From positions 96,001-160,000 of the forward strand of contig CAWHAA010000005.1 in assembly GCA_963827275.1 (NCBI GenBank): DNA of 64,000 nt, in the 5' to 3' direction. Positions within the stretch are counted from its first letter, which is position 1; each line of letters opens with the position of its first letter. The notes beneath the pieces are model-generated. The model did not search any database. It worked only from the letters and a program-made list of their open reading frames with translations, and had not been told where the DNA came from. Both the position numbers and the translations under genes were made by a program. This stretch comes from an uncultured Spirochaetota bacterium. Its GTDB lineage: Bacteria > Spirochaetota > UBA4802 > UBA5550. Positions 23,155 through 31,881 of the stretch are shown in pieces.

Positions 23155-24369
23155 TCACTTGTAATTCAGCAGCCTCTGCTCGCCTTCAAGCTTCCTCTTC
23201 CCGGTCAGGTCCTGCGACACTTCCATGGTGCCGAGGTACGCGCCGTTCTCGTCCCGCAGGGCGAAATACTCGATGCTGATGAAGCGCTCCCGGTGGGTGA
23301 TCCAGAACGAGGCGCTGCTGTTCTTTCCCGCGCGGAAATCATCGAGGATCTTCTGCACCGTGGATACGCTTGCGGGAGGGTGGCACTGCTGCACCTTGCG
23401 GCCGATGATCGCCTTGCTCCTCGTGAAGACCCTGTCGGGGCCCTCTGAAAAGTACCGGACCGTGTCGTCCGCATCCACGAAGGTGATGTCGAGCGGCACG
23501 GTGTCCAGGACCGCGACCAGCTCCTTCAACGAGAGGCTGCCGGTCGGAAGGACGATCCGCCCCCCGGGCGCGTCGGCCTCCGCACCGCCGGTGGCGGCGA
23601 CAGCCGCGCGCCACACCTCCTTTGGGCCATAGAGGCAGAAGCCTATCTCCGGGCTCTGCCGGTAGATCTCATGCCATTCCTCCTCGGTGAGGGCGTCCAT
23701 GCACATGGGAAGGAGGATGTTCTCTTCTTTCCCGATCATGTCGGTTACGGCCTGCGTCGCCGCCTGCAGCTCGGGGACCACCCAGGCGATCTCGCTGTTG
23801 TTCTTCATCCCCGTTTCAAGCGCCTGCATCGCCTTCTTGAGCAGCTTCCTTGTTTCGTCATGCTTTGCCCACATGACCGCCGGCGGCCCGGTTATGCCGT
23901 GCTTCTCAAGGTAAGGGAAAACAAGGTTCTCCTTGCGCTTGTAATGCTTGTCTATGTCCATGAGGCTGTTAAAGCCCTTCAGCAGCGCGGCATAGGTTTC
24001 CTGCGCCGGCGCTTCAGGCCCTGCGTGGTAGAGCTTTTCCAGCACGGCGATCTCCCTCTCGAGCGCGCGGTTTTCCTCCTTGAATGTATGCACCGGGTGG
24101 CCCGGCTCCGCGGTCTTCGCGCCGGCCTGGTCAATGCCCCCGTCAAGGACCGCCGTGTGGAGGTCGCACAGCTTCACCACCTCCTCTTGCGGAAGGCCTT
24201 CCGCGATCAGCTCCTGCTCCACGCGCACCACGTCGTCATAGGGTATCTGGCCCAGCGTCTGCCGCAGCTCGGCCTTCACCCGTTCTGGGTCCTCTCCCCG
24301 GTGCAGCTTCAGGATCAGCCCCTTCAGGATTTTACGCTTCTGTTCCGCATTGTTGATCAGCTCGCTCAT
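23155..24369 (-). CDS. DUF438 / hemerythrin-like / PAS domain protein
   Basis: LCDLH, GHPVHTF, HYKRKEN, MWAKHD, KEENIL and C-terminal PAS (ITFVDADD...CHPP); GGAGG RBS before ATG 24369. Confidence 0.92.
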   Translation of the reverse strand: MSELINNAEQKRKILKGLILKLHRGEDPERVKAELRQTLGQIPYDDVVRVEQELIAEGLPQEEVVKLCDLHTAVLDGGIDQAGAKTAEPGHPVHTFKEENRALEREIAVLEKLYHAGPEAPAQETYAALLKGFNSLMDIDKHYKRKENLVFPYLEKHGITGPPAVMWAKHDETRKLLKKAMQALETGMKNNSEIAWVVPELQAATQAVTDMIGKEENILLPMCMDALTEEEWHEIYRQSPEIGFCLYGPKEVWRAAVAATGGAEADAPGGRIVLPTGSLSLKELVAVLDTVPLDITFVDADDTVRYFSEGPDRVFTRSKAIIGRKVQQCHPPASVSTVQKILDDFRAGKNSSASFWITHRERFISIEYFALRDENGAYLGTMEVSQDLTGKRKLEGEQRLLNYK

Positions 24370-24436
24370 AATTCCTCCAATGGCGTCCGTCATCTGTTCC
24401 GGGAATACAGGATGGTCCCCCAGCCGGACACCGGAT

Positions 24437-24478
24437 ATAATATCGCAAGTAGCAGTAAACGTCTTTGACGCAGGTCAA
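24437..24478 (-). promoter_or_regulatory. FNR/HcpR-like box plus -10 (class II promoter) for the DUF438-cupin operon
   Basis: TTGACGCAGGTCAA at 24465-24478. Minus-strand TATTAT (24442-24437) puts the box centre at -41.5. Confidence 0.72.
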
Positions 24479-24519
24479 GACAGGAAAAAACAGACATGCA
24501 CCGGTTGTTTCACGCCCGG

Positions 24520-24903
24520 TTATTCCGCAAGTGCGATCGCCTCGATCTCCACCAGCGCGCCCAGGGGAAGCCCTCCGACCGCGAAGGCGGCCCGCGCCGG
24601 CGGATCGATCGGGAAAAAGCCGGCATACACCGCATTGACGGCGGCAAAATCGCCGATTGAACCGAGCAGCACGGTGCATTTAACCACCCGCCGCATCCCG
24701 CTCCCGGCGTGCTCCAGGATGGCGGAAATATTTGCGAGCGCCTGCCGCGCCTGGTCCGCCGCGGTCGTTCCCGTCAGCTTCCCGGTCGCAGGATCGAGGC
24801 CGAGCTGGCCGGACACGAAGATGAAGCCGTTCGCCTTTATCGCCTGGGAATACGCCCCGACGGCCGCCGGCGCGCCCGCTGCCGTTATAACAGTCCTTTC
24901 CAT
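24520..24903 (-). CDS. RidA/YjgF family deaminase
   Basis: APAAVGAYSQA, SGQL, PARAAF and LPLGALVEIEAIA motifs. Confidence 0.93.
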   Translation of the reverse strand: MERTVITAAGAPAAVGAYSQAIKANGFIFVSGQLGLDPATGKLTGTTAADQARQALANISAILEHAGSGMRRVVKCTVLLGSIGDFAAVNAVYAGFFPIDPPARAAFAVGGLPLGALVEIEAIALAE

Positions 24904-25010
24904 GTCATGCTCCCCGAACGCGGCGCCTCGCTGATGTGGCGCGCATCATTTTCCGATGAATATAAACATTCTCTTGACATATTACAACAAATCTTTCAAC
25001 CATAAATACG

Positions 25011-25802
25011 ATGGAAGAAAAAAAATACATCCTCCACCGGATACCCGGCCAGATCGAGACGATCTTCCTCGCCGAGTACCCGGACCGGATCCTCCTCCTG
25101 GACGGCGCGTGCCGGTGCGATACGCGACGCATACGGAAGTTCGTCAGGAAGACCCTCGGGAGAAAGATGGAGGACGTGAAGCTGTCGTTTGTATCGCATG
25201 TGCACCCCGACCATGCCGGCGCCGCGCCTGTCCTGAGGAGAAAATACGGAACGCCGATCGCGGCGCCCCGCGCCATCGATTCATGGTACTCGGGCCTTTC
25301 CGGCTGGCTGCAGCACCTCATTGACTATCTGTTCGCATGGGCGGTGGTGATCAGGATGGGCCAGCCCTGGATGAGGATGTGGTACTCCCGGTTCGTGCGG
25401 CCCGATTTCCCGCTCGGGGACGGCTCCCCCCTCCCGCTGTTTGAAGACTGGAAGCTCCTGACCATGCCGGGGCATACCGCGCACCATTCCGTGCTCTACA
25501 ACGAACAGGACGGCACGCTCTACGCCGGCGACCTGATGCTCATGGTAAACGACAAGTGGCACCTGCCGTTCCCCGTCACCATGCCGGGGCAGCAGAAGGA
25601 ATCGCTCCGCAGGCTTTCGCTGCTGACAATCCGCAGGATACTCCTCGCCCACGGCGGCATTGTCGCTACCGTGCCCGAGGGCCTGTTCGAATCCCTGATG
25701 CCCGGCACGATCCGCAAGCCGCCCTGGACCTTCAGGGCCGTGATGCCCCTCATGATGCTCCCGCCCGACCTGAGAAAGAACATGAACGGAGGCAGGACAT
25801 GA
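25011..25802 (+). CDS. MBL-fold metallo-hydrolase
   Basis: SHVHPDHAG, PGHT, AGD and AHG motifs. Confidence 0.9.
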   Translation: MEEKKYILHRIPGQIETIFLAEYPDRILLLDGACRCDTRRIRKFVRKTLGRKMEDVKLSFVSHVHPDHAGAAPVLRRKYGTPIAAPRAIDSWYSGLSGWLQHLIDYLFAWAVVIRMGQPWMRMWYSRFVRPDFPLGDGSPLPLFEDWKLLTMPGHTAHHSVLYNEQDGTLYAGDLMLMVNDKWHLPFPVTMPGQQKESLRRLSLLTIRRILLAHGGIVATVPEGLFESLMPGTIRKPPWTFRAVMPLMMLPPDLRKNMNGGRT

Positions 25803-26455
25803 ACGTAGTGTCACTCCTGAAGAATTCGGAGCTCTTCAGCGGCTTGAGCGACGCTGCGGAAAAAAAAATTGCCGGTATGGGCAGGATCGTCCAGGCCCCA
25901 CAGAACATGATGATAATCCTGGAGGGCGAAAAGGGCTCCGCGTTTTACCTCCTTGCAGAAGGGAGCGTGCGGCTCTTCAAGAGCGCGCCCGACGGCAGGG
26001 AGGTCACGCTCAAGCTCATGAGCCCCGGCGAAATTTTTGCGGAAGTGATACTCTTCGAGAAGGACCGCTACCCGGTGAGCGCGGTAGCCGTGACGGATTC
26101 CACGCTCATCGCCATAGACCGCACCTCCTTCAACACGCTCCTTGACGAGCCGGACTTCAGGGCTGAATTCATATCCGTGATCATGAAGAAACAGCGCTAC
26201 CTTGCGGGGCGCATCCTCTACCTGACCGCGCTCGACGTCGAAGAGCGCTTTTTCCGTTTCCTTCTGGAACACTACGGCAAAAAGACGGCCTATGACATCG
26301 CCATGTCGAAAAAGGACCTGGCGTCCGCGATCGGGACGATACCGGAGACCCTTTCGCGGCTCATTCAGCGCCTCACCCAGCGCAAGATGATACGGTGGGA
26401 AGGGAACAGGCTGGAACTGGCGGATCATTTCTGGGACGACCAGGAGTTTGAATAA
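25799..26455 (+). CDS. Crp/Fnr family regulator (HcpR-like)
   Basis: cNMP-fold (GEIFAE...YPVSA), HTH with IGTIPETLSR, no FNR Cys cluster; ATGA overlap with the MBL gene. Confidence 0.92.
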   Translation: MNVVSLLKNSELFSGLSDAAEKKIAGMGRIVQAPQNMMIILEGEKGSAFYLLAEGSVRLFKSAPDGREVTLKLMSPGEIFAEVILFEKDRYPVSAVAVTDSTLIAIDRTSFNTLLDEPDFRAEFISVIMKKQRYLAGRILYLTALDVEERFFRFLLEHYGKKTAYDIAMSKKDLASAIGTIPETLSRLIQRLTQRKMIRWEGNRLELADHFWDDQEFE

Positions 26456-26482
26456 CGGGGGGCGCTCCCGCGCCTTGCAATG

Positions 26483-27826
26483 TCAAGGCTCTTTTTCTCC
26501 CGCCCCCAGCTCGCGCCCGAACCTGGCCGCCTCCTCCCTGTCATTCATGTGAATAATGCAATACAGCTCCTCGCGCGCCCTGGTGCAGGCCACGTACAGG
26601 AGGCGCCGCTCCTCTTCGATCCCGCTGTCCGGGTCAGGGATCAGGCCGTCGCATATCCCGGCGACGATGACGCTGTCGAACTCGAGCCCCTTGGACGCGT
26701 GCATCGTCAGGAATGAAACATTGCCGGAAACAGCCGGCCCGAGCCGCTCCCTGATATACCGGCCCTGCCAGTTGTTGCGATAGAGGACCGCTGCGCTGCG
26801 CCCATCACCCAGGCCGGCGATGATCCCGCCTATGACGTCCGCCTCCCGCTCGAAGCCGCGCACCTGGCGGAATATCACCCGCCCTCCCGGGCCGCGGGAC
26901 GACCTGAGGCGCTTCCTGGTGCGGAACCGGTTTTTGCGGATGAAGCGGTTTGTCAGGCGCACGATCTCGCTGCGCGAGCGGTAGTTCACGCCGAGGCGGT
27001 GGACCGTTGCGCCGGGGAAATGGCGCTCCATCTTCACGATATACCCGACACTCGCCCCCCTGAACCCGTAGATCGACTGCCAGTCGTCGCCCACGGCGAA
27101 GAGGTTCCCGCCCGTTTCCGGGAGCAGGAGCTTCAGCAGGCGGACATTGTCATCGGCCACGTCCTGAAACTCGTCGACGAAGATGTAGCGGTGCCGCGAC
27201 AGCGCTTCCCGGCGCACGCCCTCATCTTCCGACAGAAGGGAGATGGCGCATTCCATCATGTCGTCGTAATCGATGAGGTTGCGCTCCCGCTTGATCTCCG
27301 CGAACTGGCTCTCAAGCCGGGAGAGCTGTGCCGCCAGACCGGTCCGCTCGAGCCTGTCGCGCTTCCACGGGTCGAGCGGGCCCCGCTTCGCCATGAGCCC
27401 GTACACCACCCCGGCGGGCAGGCCGAGGAACCGCGGCAGCTCCCCGCAGATGAGCCCTTTAAGAAGGGCTTCGCGCTCCTCCCCGCCGATGACGGCCGGA
27501 AACGGGGAGCGGCCGCGACGCGCCAGGAAGGCCGCCTCGTGACGGCGCAGGAGATCGAGGCAAAAGGAGTGGAACGTGCCCACCACCGGCACCCGCGGCC
27601 CCGTCCCCGCCCCTGCGGCGACCCGCTCCCTGAGCTCCCCCGCCGCCTTGCGGCTGAAGGTGAGCATGAGGATACGCTCCGGGTCCATCGGCAGGCTGCG
27701 GATCACGTTTGCGGCCTTTGCCACCAGGGTCCTCGTCTTGCCCGTGCCGGCACCGGCAAGCACGAGGCTCACGCCCGTGCCGGGCCGCGCGGCGCGTTCC
27801 TGTTCTCTGTTCAATTCGCTCATCAC
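26483..27826 (-). CDS. UvrD/Rep-family helicase (short)
   Basis: AGAGTGKT, LTFS, TFHS, VDEFQD, VGDDWQSIYGFRG, NYRS, TMHASKGLEF and EERRLLYVACTRA motifs. Confidence 0.93.
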   Translation of the reverse strand: MMSELNREQERAARPGTGVSLVLAGAGTGKTRTLVAKAANVIRSLPMDPERILMLTFSRKAAGELRERVAAGAGTGPRVPVVGTFHSFCLDLLRRHEAAFLARRGRSPFPAVIGGEEREALLKGLICGELPRFLGLPAGVVYGLMAKRGPLDPWKRDRLERTGLAAQLSRLESQFAEIKRERNLIDYDDMMECAISLLSEDEGVRREALSRHRYIFVDEFQDVADDNVRLLKLLLPETGGNLFAVGDDWQSIYGFRGASVGYIVKMERHFPGATVHRLGVNYRSRSEIVRLTNRFIRKNRFRTRKRLRSSRGPGGRVIFRQVRGFEREADVIGGIIAGLGDGRSAAVLYRNNWQGRYIRERLGPAVSGNVSFLTMHASKGLEFDSVIVAGICDGLIPDPDSGIEEERRLLYVACTRAREELYCIIHMNDREEAARFGRELGAGEKEP

Positions 27827-27894
27827 GGGGGATACGATCGGGCGGCAGTGGCGACAAAAATTTTTTATTTATATATGGAAATATTTCTACAAAA

Positions 27895-28812
27895 TCAGCC
27901 CCCCTCCATGCCGGAAAACGGCATGAAGCGGAATTCATCGGTCATGAGAAAATTTATGGGGTGGCACCCGCTGGTCTCCTTTGCCTGCTTCGTCGTGAAC
28001 GCGCAGGAGACGTACCTGACATCGCCCTGTATAAAAGCGTAGTTAATGCAGTCGGACATCTGCTTGTAAAACATCCCGGAGCGTATATATCCATCCGCGA
28101 TAATGTGCTGGCACATGATCATGGTGTTCCCGCGCTTTAAATATGTAGCGAGCCCCGCGATTTTCCCGTTTTTTTCATACACGTGCAGCCGCAGCGGAAG
28201 GAAGAGCAGCAGGTAGTAGTCCCTGGACAAGAGCACAATGCTGTTTACCAGCGCAAAGCCGCGGTTTTTCCTGAATACGGCCGCAAAGACCAGCATGAAA
28301 ATCTTTCGCGAAAACAGCACCCTGAAAAACACCAGGTGGTCAGGGACCACCTCCTCCCGAATGCCCTGATCCCGGTATGTTTTCAGCTTCTTCTTGAATC
28401 GCCACCGCACCCGCGAGTCGCGGTACGACGACATGTAGTCGTCAAAGTCCCTGAAGCCTGATATATCTATCCCGTACCAGTGGTCATCAAAGCGGTAAAA
28501 GCACGCGAGCCAGATCGCCATGTACGCATAGTAGAGCTTGTACACGGCATGGTGAAAGGGCATCAGGACGGCGTTTTTGATTGACACGACCCTGTGTGCC
28601 GCCCGCGGGCCCGCTAATTGCAGCAGGGGAAGGTACACGAGCAGCATGACCGCCGCCTTGATCACGATCAGGAGCGGCAGGATGAGAATACCCGCCGGTA
28701 ATGCCAGCAGGACGGAGACCAGTCCCATAAAATAATGGAACATGGAATCGGTATGCGGATATATACCCAGGGTCGTCAATTCTGTTGCGACCTGTTTTTC
28801 TGCCTTGTGCAT
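27895..28812 (-). CDS. Membrane-anchored protein with a GNAT/FemAB-like C-terminal region
   Basis: N-terminal hydrophobic helices; FDDYMSSY...RWRFKKK and K...GC.P resemble Acetyltransf_6-type proteins. Confidence 0.55.
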   Translation of the reverse strand: MHKAEKQVATELTTLGIYPHTDSMFHYFMGLVSVLLALPAGILILPLLIVIKAAVMLLVYLPLLQLAGPRAAHRVVSIKNAVLMPFHHAVYKLYYAYMAIWLACFYRFDDHWYGIDISGFRDFDDYMSSYRDSRVRWRFKKKLKTYRDQGIREEVVPDHLVFFRVLFSRKIFMLVFAAVFRKNRGFALVNSIVLLSRDYYLLLFLPLRLHVYEKNGKIAGLATYLKRGNTMIMCQHIIADGYIRSGMFYKQMSDCINYAFIQGDVRYVSCAFTTKQAKETSGCHPINFLMTDEFRFMPFSGMEGG

Positions 28813-28994
28813 AGAGGGGGTCCGAAAATAATGAATGTGCTTTTACGTTTTAGTATAACAGGGCAGTGTCAAGGATATTTTTCCGATTTTTCATTCATGA
28901 TCGCCCCGATCTCCCGCGACGGCACCATAATTGTATTTGACTTTTATACGAGAGGTGGTCCCCTGTTGACAGCATTGCCGAAAGGGGCGCATCA

Positions 28995-29630
28995 ATGAAC
29001 AGGGCACTGGCAGCGGCCGCATGCGCGGCCGTACTCATCGCATCCTGCGCGAAGAAAAATGAGCTGAACCGGCAGATGATCGGCGCCGTGACGCGCGGCG
29101 ACGCCGCAAAAGCGCAGGAGCTCCTTTCGCAGGGAGCGGACGTGAACGCGCGCGAGGAGACCGACCCGGGACGCACCGCGCTTATGATCGCGGCCGGGGA
29201 GGACGCCGGTGAGATCGCCGCCCTCCTGGTACGCGGCGGGGCGGACGTAAACGCGAGGAGCGGCGACGGCTCCACCGCGCTCATGTGCGCCGCCGGCGAA
29301 GGGAACACCGATATCGTGAAGCTCCTGCTTTCGCACGGCGCTGATGTGAACGCCGCCGACGACACCGGGCAGACCGCGCTCATCAAGGCCGCGGCCGACG
29401 GGCACGCGGAGATCACCGGTCTGCTTGCTGCGGCGGGCGCCGACATCAACATAGCGGACCGGACCGGCTTCACCGCGGTGATGCGCGCCTCGGTCAACGG
29501 GCACTCCGATATCACCGGGCTGCTCGTGAAAAGCGGGGCGAGGCTCACCGGGCGTGACAGGCAAAAAATCGCCGAGTCAACGGACGCCGGCGGACAGGAA
29601 GACGAGATCATCGAAACCGAGAACAAGTAA
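28995..29630 (+). CDS. Ankyrin-repeat lipoprotein
   Basis: LIASC lipobox; repeated GxTALMxAA...LL..GADVN. Confidence 0.92.
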   Translation: MNRALAAAACAAVLIASCAKKNELNRQMIGAVTRGDAAKAQELLSQGADVNAREETDPGRTALMIAAGEDAGEIAALLVRGGADVNARSGDGSTALMCAAGEGNTDIVKLLLSHGADVNAADDTGQTALIKAAADGHAEITGLLAAAGADINIADRTGFTAVMRASVNGHSDITGLLVKSGARLTGRDRQKIAESTDAGGQEDEIIETENK

Positions 29631-29688
29631 CACCGGCCGCACGGACGCGGCGGGGAACATTGCACAGCGCATGGCGGGGTCAGACAGA

Positions 29689-30714
29689 ATGGAAAAGAGA
29701 CGGCGGATCGTGGCAGTCATTACCGGCATGGCGATACTGTCCGGAGCGGGGTGCCTGACAGACCAGGCCAGGAAAAAGAGCGACTACAACTACCTGATGC
29801 GCGGCGAAAGAAACCTGAGCAATGCCGACCTCGGGAACGCGGAGCTCTCTGACGCCCATCTCGAGGACGCGACCCTGAGCAACGCGAACCTGAGGGGCGC
29901 GAACCTGGCCGGCGCGAACCTGATCGGGGCGAACCTCCGCGGCGCGGTCCTGTCGGGCGCCAACCTGAGCGGATCACAGCTGAACGGCGCGAACCTCAAC
30001 TGGGCGAACCTTCGCCGCGCCAATCTCGCCAACGCGAACCTGAGCAAGGCCCGTCTTGTAAGGGTGGATTTCACCGGGGCCGATCTGCGGAACATCCGCC
30101 TCAAGGGCGCGGTCCTGACCAAATCGGACCTCACCGGCGCCAACCTGAAGGGGACCAACCTCAACGGGGCCGAGCTCGCCGGCGCCAACCTGGCCGGATC
30201 GAACCTCGAGGGGTCCGACCTGGGATCGGCGGAGCTTTCATGGGCCCTGCTGCGCGGCGCCGTCCTCAGAAAGGCGGTCCTGTCGGGAGCGCGGCTCGGC
30301 CACAGCGATTGTGCCGGCGCGGACATGATGTGGGCCAACCTCGAGGGCGCGGACATGAACAACGCAAATGCACGCGGGGCAAACCTCGAGGGCGCGCGGA
30401 TGAAGGGGGCCGACCTCACCGCCGCCGACCTCAACGGCGCGGTCCTTTTCCAGGCCAACCTGTCGGAGACAAAAGCAGTGAACGCGAACCTCACGGGCGC
30501 CGACATCAGGGACGCGAACCTGTCGGGGGCCGCCCTTGAAGGATCGAACCTTAATAACGCCAATCTCACCAATGCCAATTTGCAGGGCGCCGCGCTGGAA
30601 AACGCCGAATTCGCCAACGCCGACCTCAGGGGCGCCCTGGTAGAAAAAAAATGGAAAGCTTTTTTTAAAAAGCAGCGGGTGCTGAATTACGACGACATCA
30701 GGTGGGCCGACTGA
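29689..30714 (+). CDS. Pentapeptide-repeat lipoprotein
   Basis: Signal peptide ending SGAGC; long A(N/D)LxG/x array. Confidence 0.92.
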   Translation: MEKRRRIVAVITGMAILSGAGCLTDQARKKSDYNYLMRGERNLSNADLGNAELSDAHLEDATLSNANLRGANLAGANLIGANLRGAVLSGANLSGSQLNGANLNWANLRRANLANANLSKARLVRVDFTGADLRNIRLKGAVLTKSDLTGANLKGTNLNGAELAGANLAGSNLEGSDLGSAELSWALLRGAVLRKAVLSGARLGHSDCAGADMMWANLEGADMNNANARGANLEGARMKGADLTAADLNGAVLFQANLSETKAVNANLTGADIRDANLSGAALEGSNLNNANLTNANLQGAALENAEFANADLRGALVEKKWKAFFKKQRVLNYDDIRWAD

Positions 30715-31340
30715 TCCATCTTCCGTTTCCACGCGGGGTCCCCTTCGCGTTCCAGCTTTGAATAGATGCAGCCGCAGTAGTTCTGGCGGTAAAATCCGTG
30801 TTTCCGCGACAGCTCGACGCTCTTGCGGTACCCGTCGTTCTTCTTATAATCACCCTCGAGAAACCTGATCCCGTACACGCCTTCAAGCTCCTTTCCGATC
30901 CGGTTGATCATGTCCGCGTCCTTGTGCGGGCTGATCGAGAGCGACGTGGTGACCGAGGCGATCCCCATCTCCTTCGCCTTCTCGAATGACCCTTCGAGCC
31001 GGATCCGGTAGCACTCCCAGCAGCGCTCCGAACGCTCGCCGAGGTAGCGGTGCTTCTTCACGCGGGCCGTCCACCCGCGGACATCGTAATTGCCGACGAA
31101 GAGCGCGAACCCCTTGTAGACCGCGTAGCGCACAAGCTCGGCCAGACGCCTGTCGTATTCGTCCCGCGGCGAAATATTGGGATTATAATAAAACACGGAC
31201 ACGTAATGGGTGTCGGCAAACAATTCGTACACATAGCTGACGCAGGGGGCGCAACAGGTATGAATGAGGAGGGACCGGTTATCCAATGTTTGACCGCTCT
31301 TGGGGACTGATAAAGGCCCCGCTCCGGTGCGGGGCTCCAT
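30687..31340 (-). CDS. queH: Epoxyqueuosine reductase QueH (true start may be about 31286)
   Basis: HTCCAPC, YNPNI, RCWECY, SPHK and YRQNYCGC motifs. Confidence 0.93.
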   Translation of the reverse strand: MEPRTGAGPLSVPKSGQTLDNRSLLIHTCCAPCVSYVYELFADTHYVSVFYYNPNISPRDEYDRRLAELVRYAVYKGFALFVGNYDVRGWTARVKKHRYLGERSERCWECYRIRLEGSFEKAKEMGIASVTTSLSISPHKDADMINRIGKELEGVYGIRFLEGDYKKNDGYRKSVELSRKHGFYRQNYCGCIYSKLEREGDPAWKRKMDQSAHLMSS

Positions 31341-31363
31341 TTATTGTCCCGGGCTGATTAACG

Positions 31364-31711
31364 TCACTTCAGGTACTTATTCATGAAGCTGGACAGCTTC
31401 CGGGCGTTGGCCGGATTTATCTTGCTGTCGAGCCACAGGAGCAACTGCGAGCGCACGCTGTTGCAGCGGCAATATTCATGGTGTATCACATAGCGCGTCA
31501 TTTCAAACTTCATCTCATCCATGATCTTCTCGGCAAGATGAAGGTTCGAGGGATCGGGGCCGAGTATTTCGCATATTTTTACGATAATTTCGTGCTTGTC
31601 CATCTCCTTGAGCTCATCGCAGCAACGCTCGCCGAAAATCGAATTCGCGAGATTCACATCGTCATTTTCACCAATAATGGCCCGATTCACCTGGTTCTCA
31701 TTATTGTACAT
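31364..31711 (-). CDS. Hypothetical protein
   Basis: GGAGG RBS; upstream TTGACG-17-TAAAAT promoter-like sequence on the minus strand. Confidence 0.65.
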   Translation of the reverse strand: MYNNENQVNRAIIGENDDVNLANSIFGERCCDELKEMDKHEIIVKICEILGPDPSNLHLAEKIMDEMKFEMTRYVIHHEYCRCNSVRSQLLLWLDSKINPANARKLSSFMNKYLK

Positions 31712-31881
31712 CAAGGCCTCCTCCCGTATCCCGGGTTATAATATCATTACCTCTATTTTATACAAAATAAAATAAAACGTCAATAATGAACTGCAAATTT
31801 TTGGCAATCAATGCATAAAAAATTTACTATGCGTTAAATTTTGCAATGAAAAGGTGCGGGATTGCGCTGCGGGGGGCCGTT

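Noticed and set aside
29800..30640. DNA-level tandem repeat (GCGAACCT-like)
   Set aside because: Explained by pentapeptide-repeat coding.
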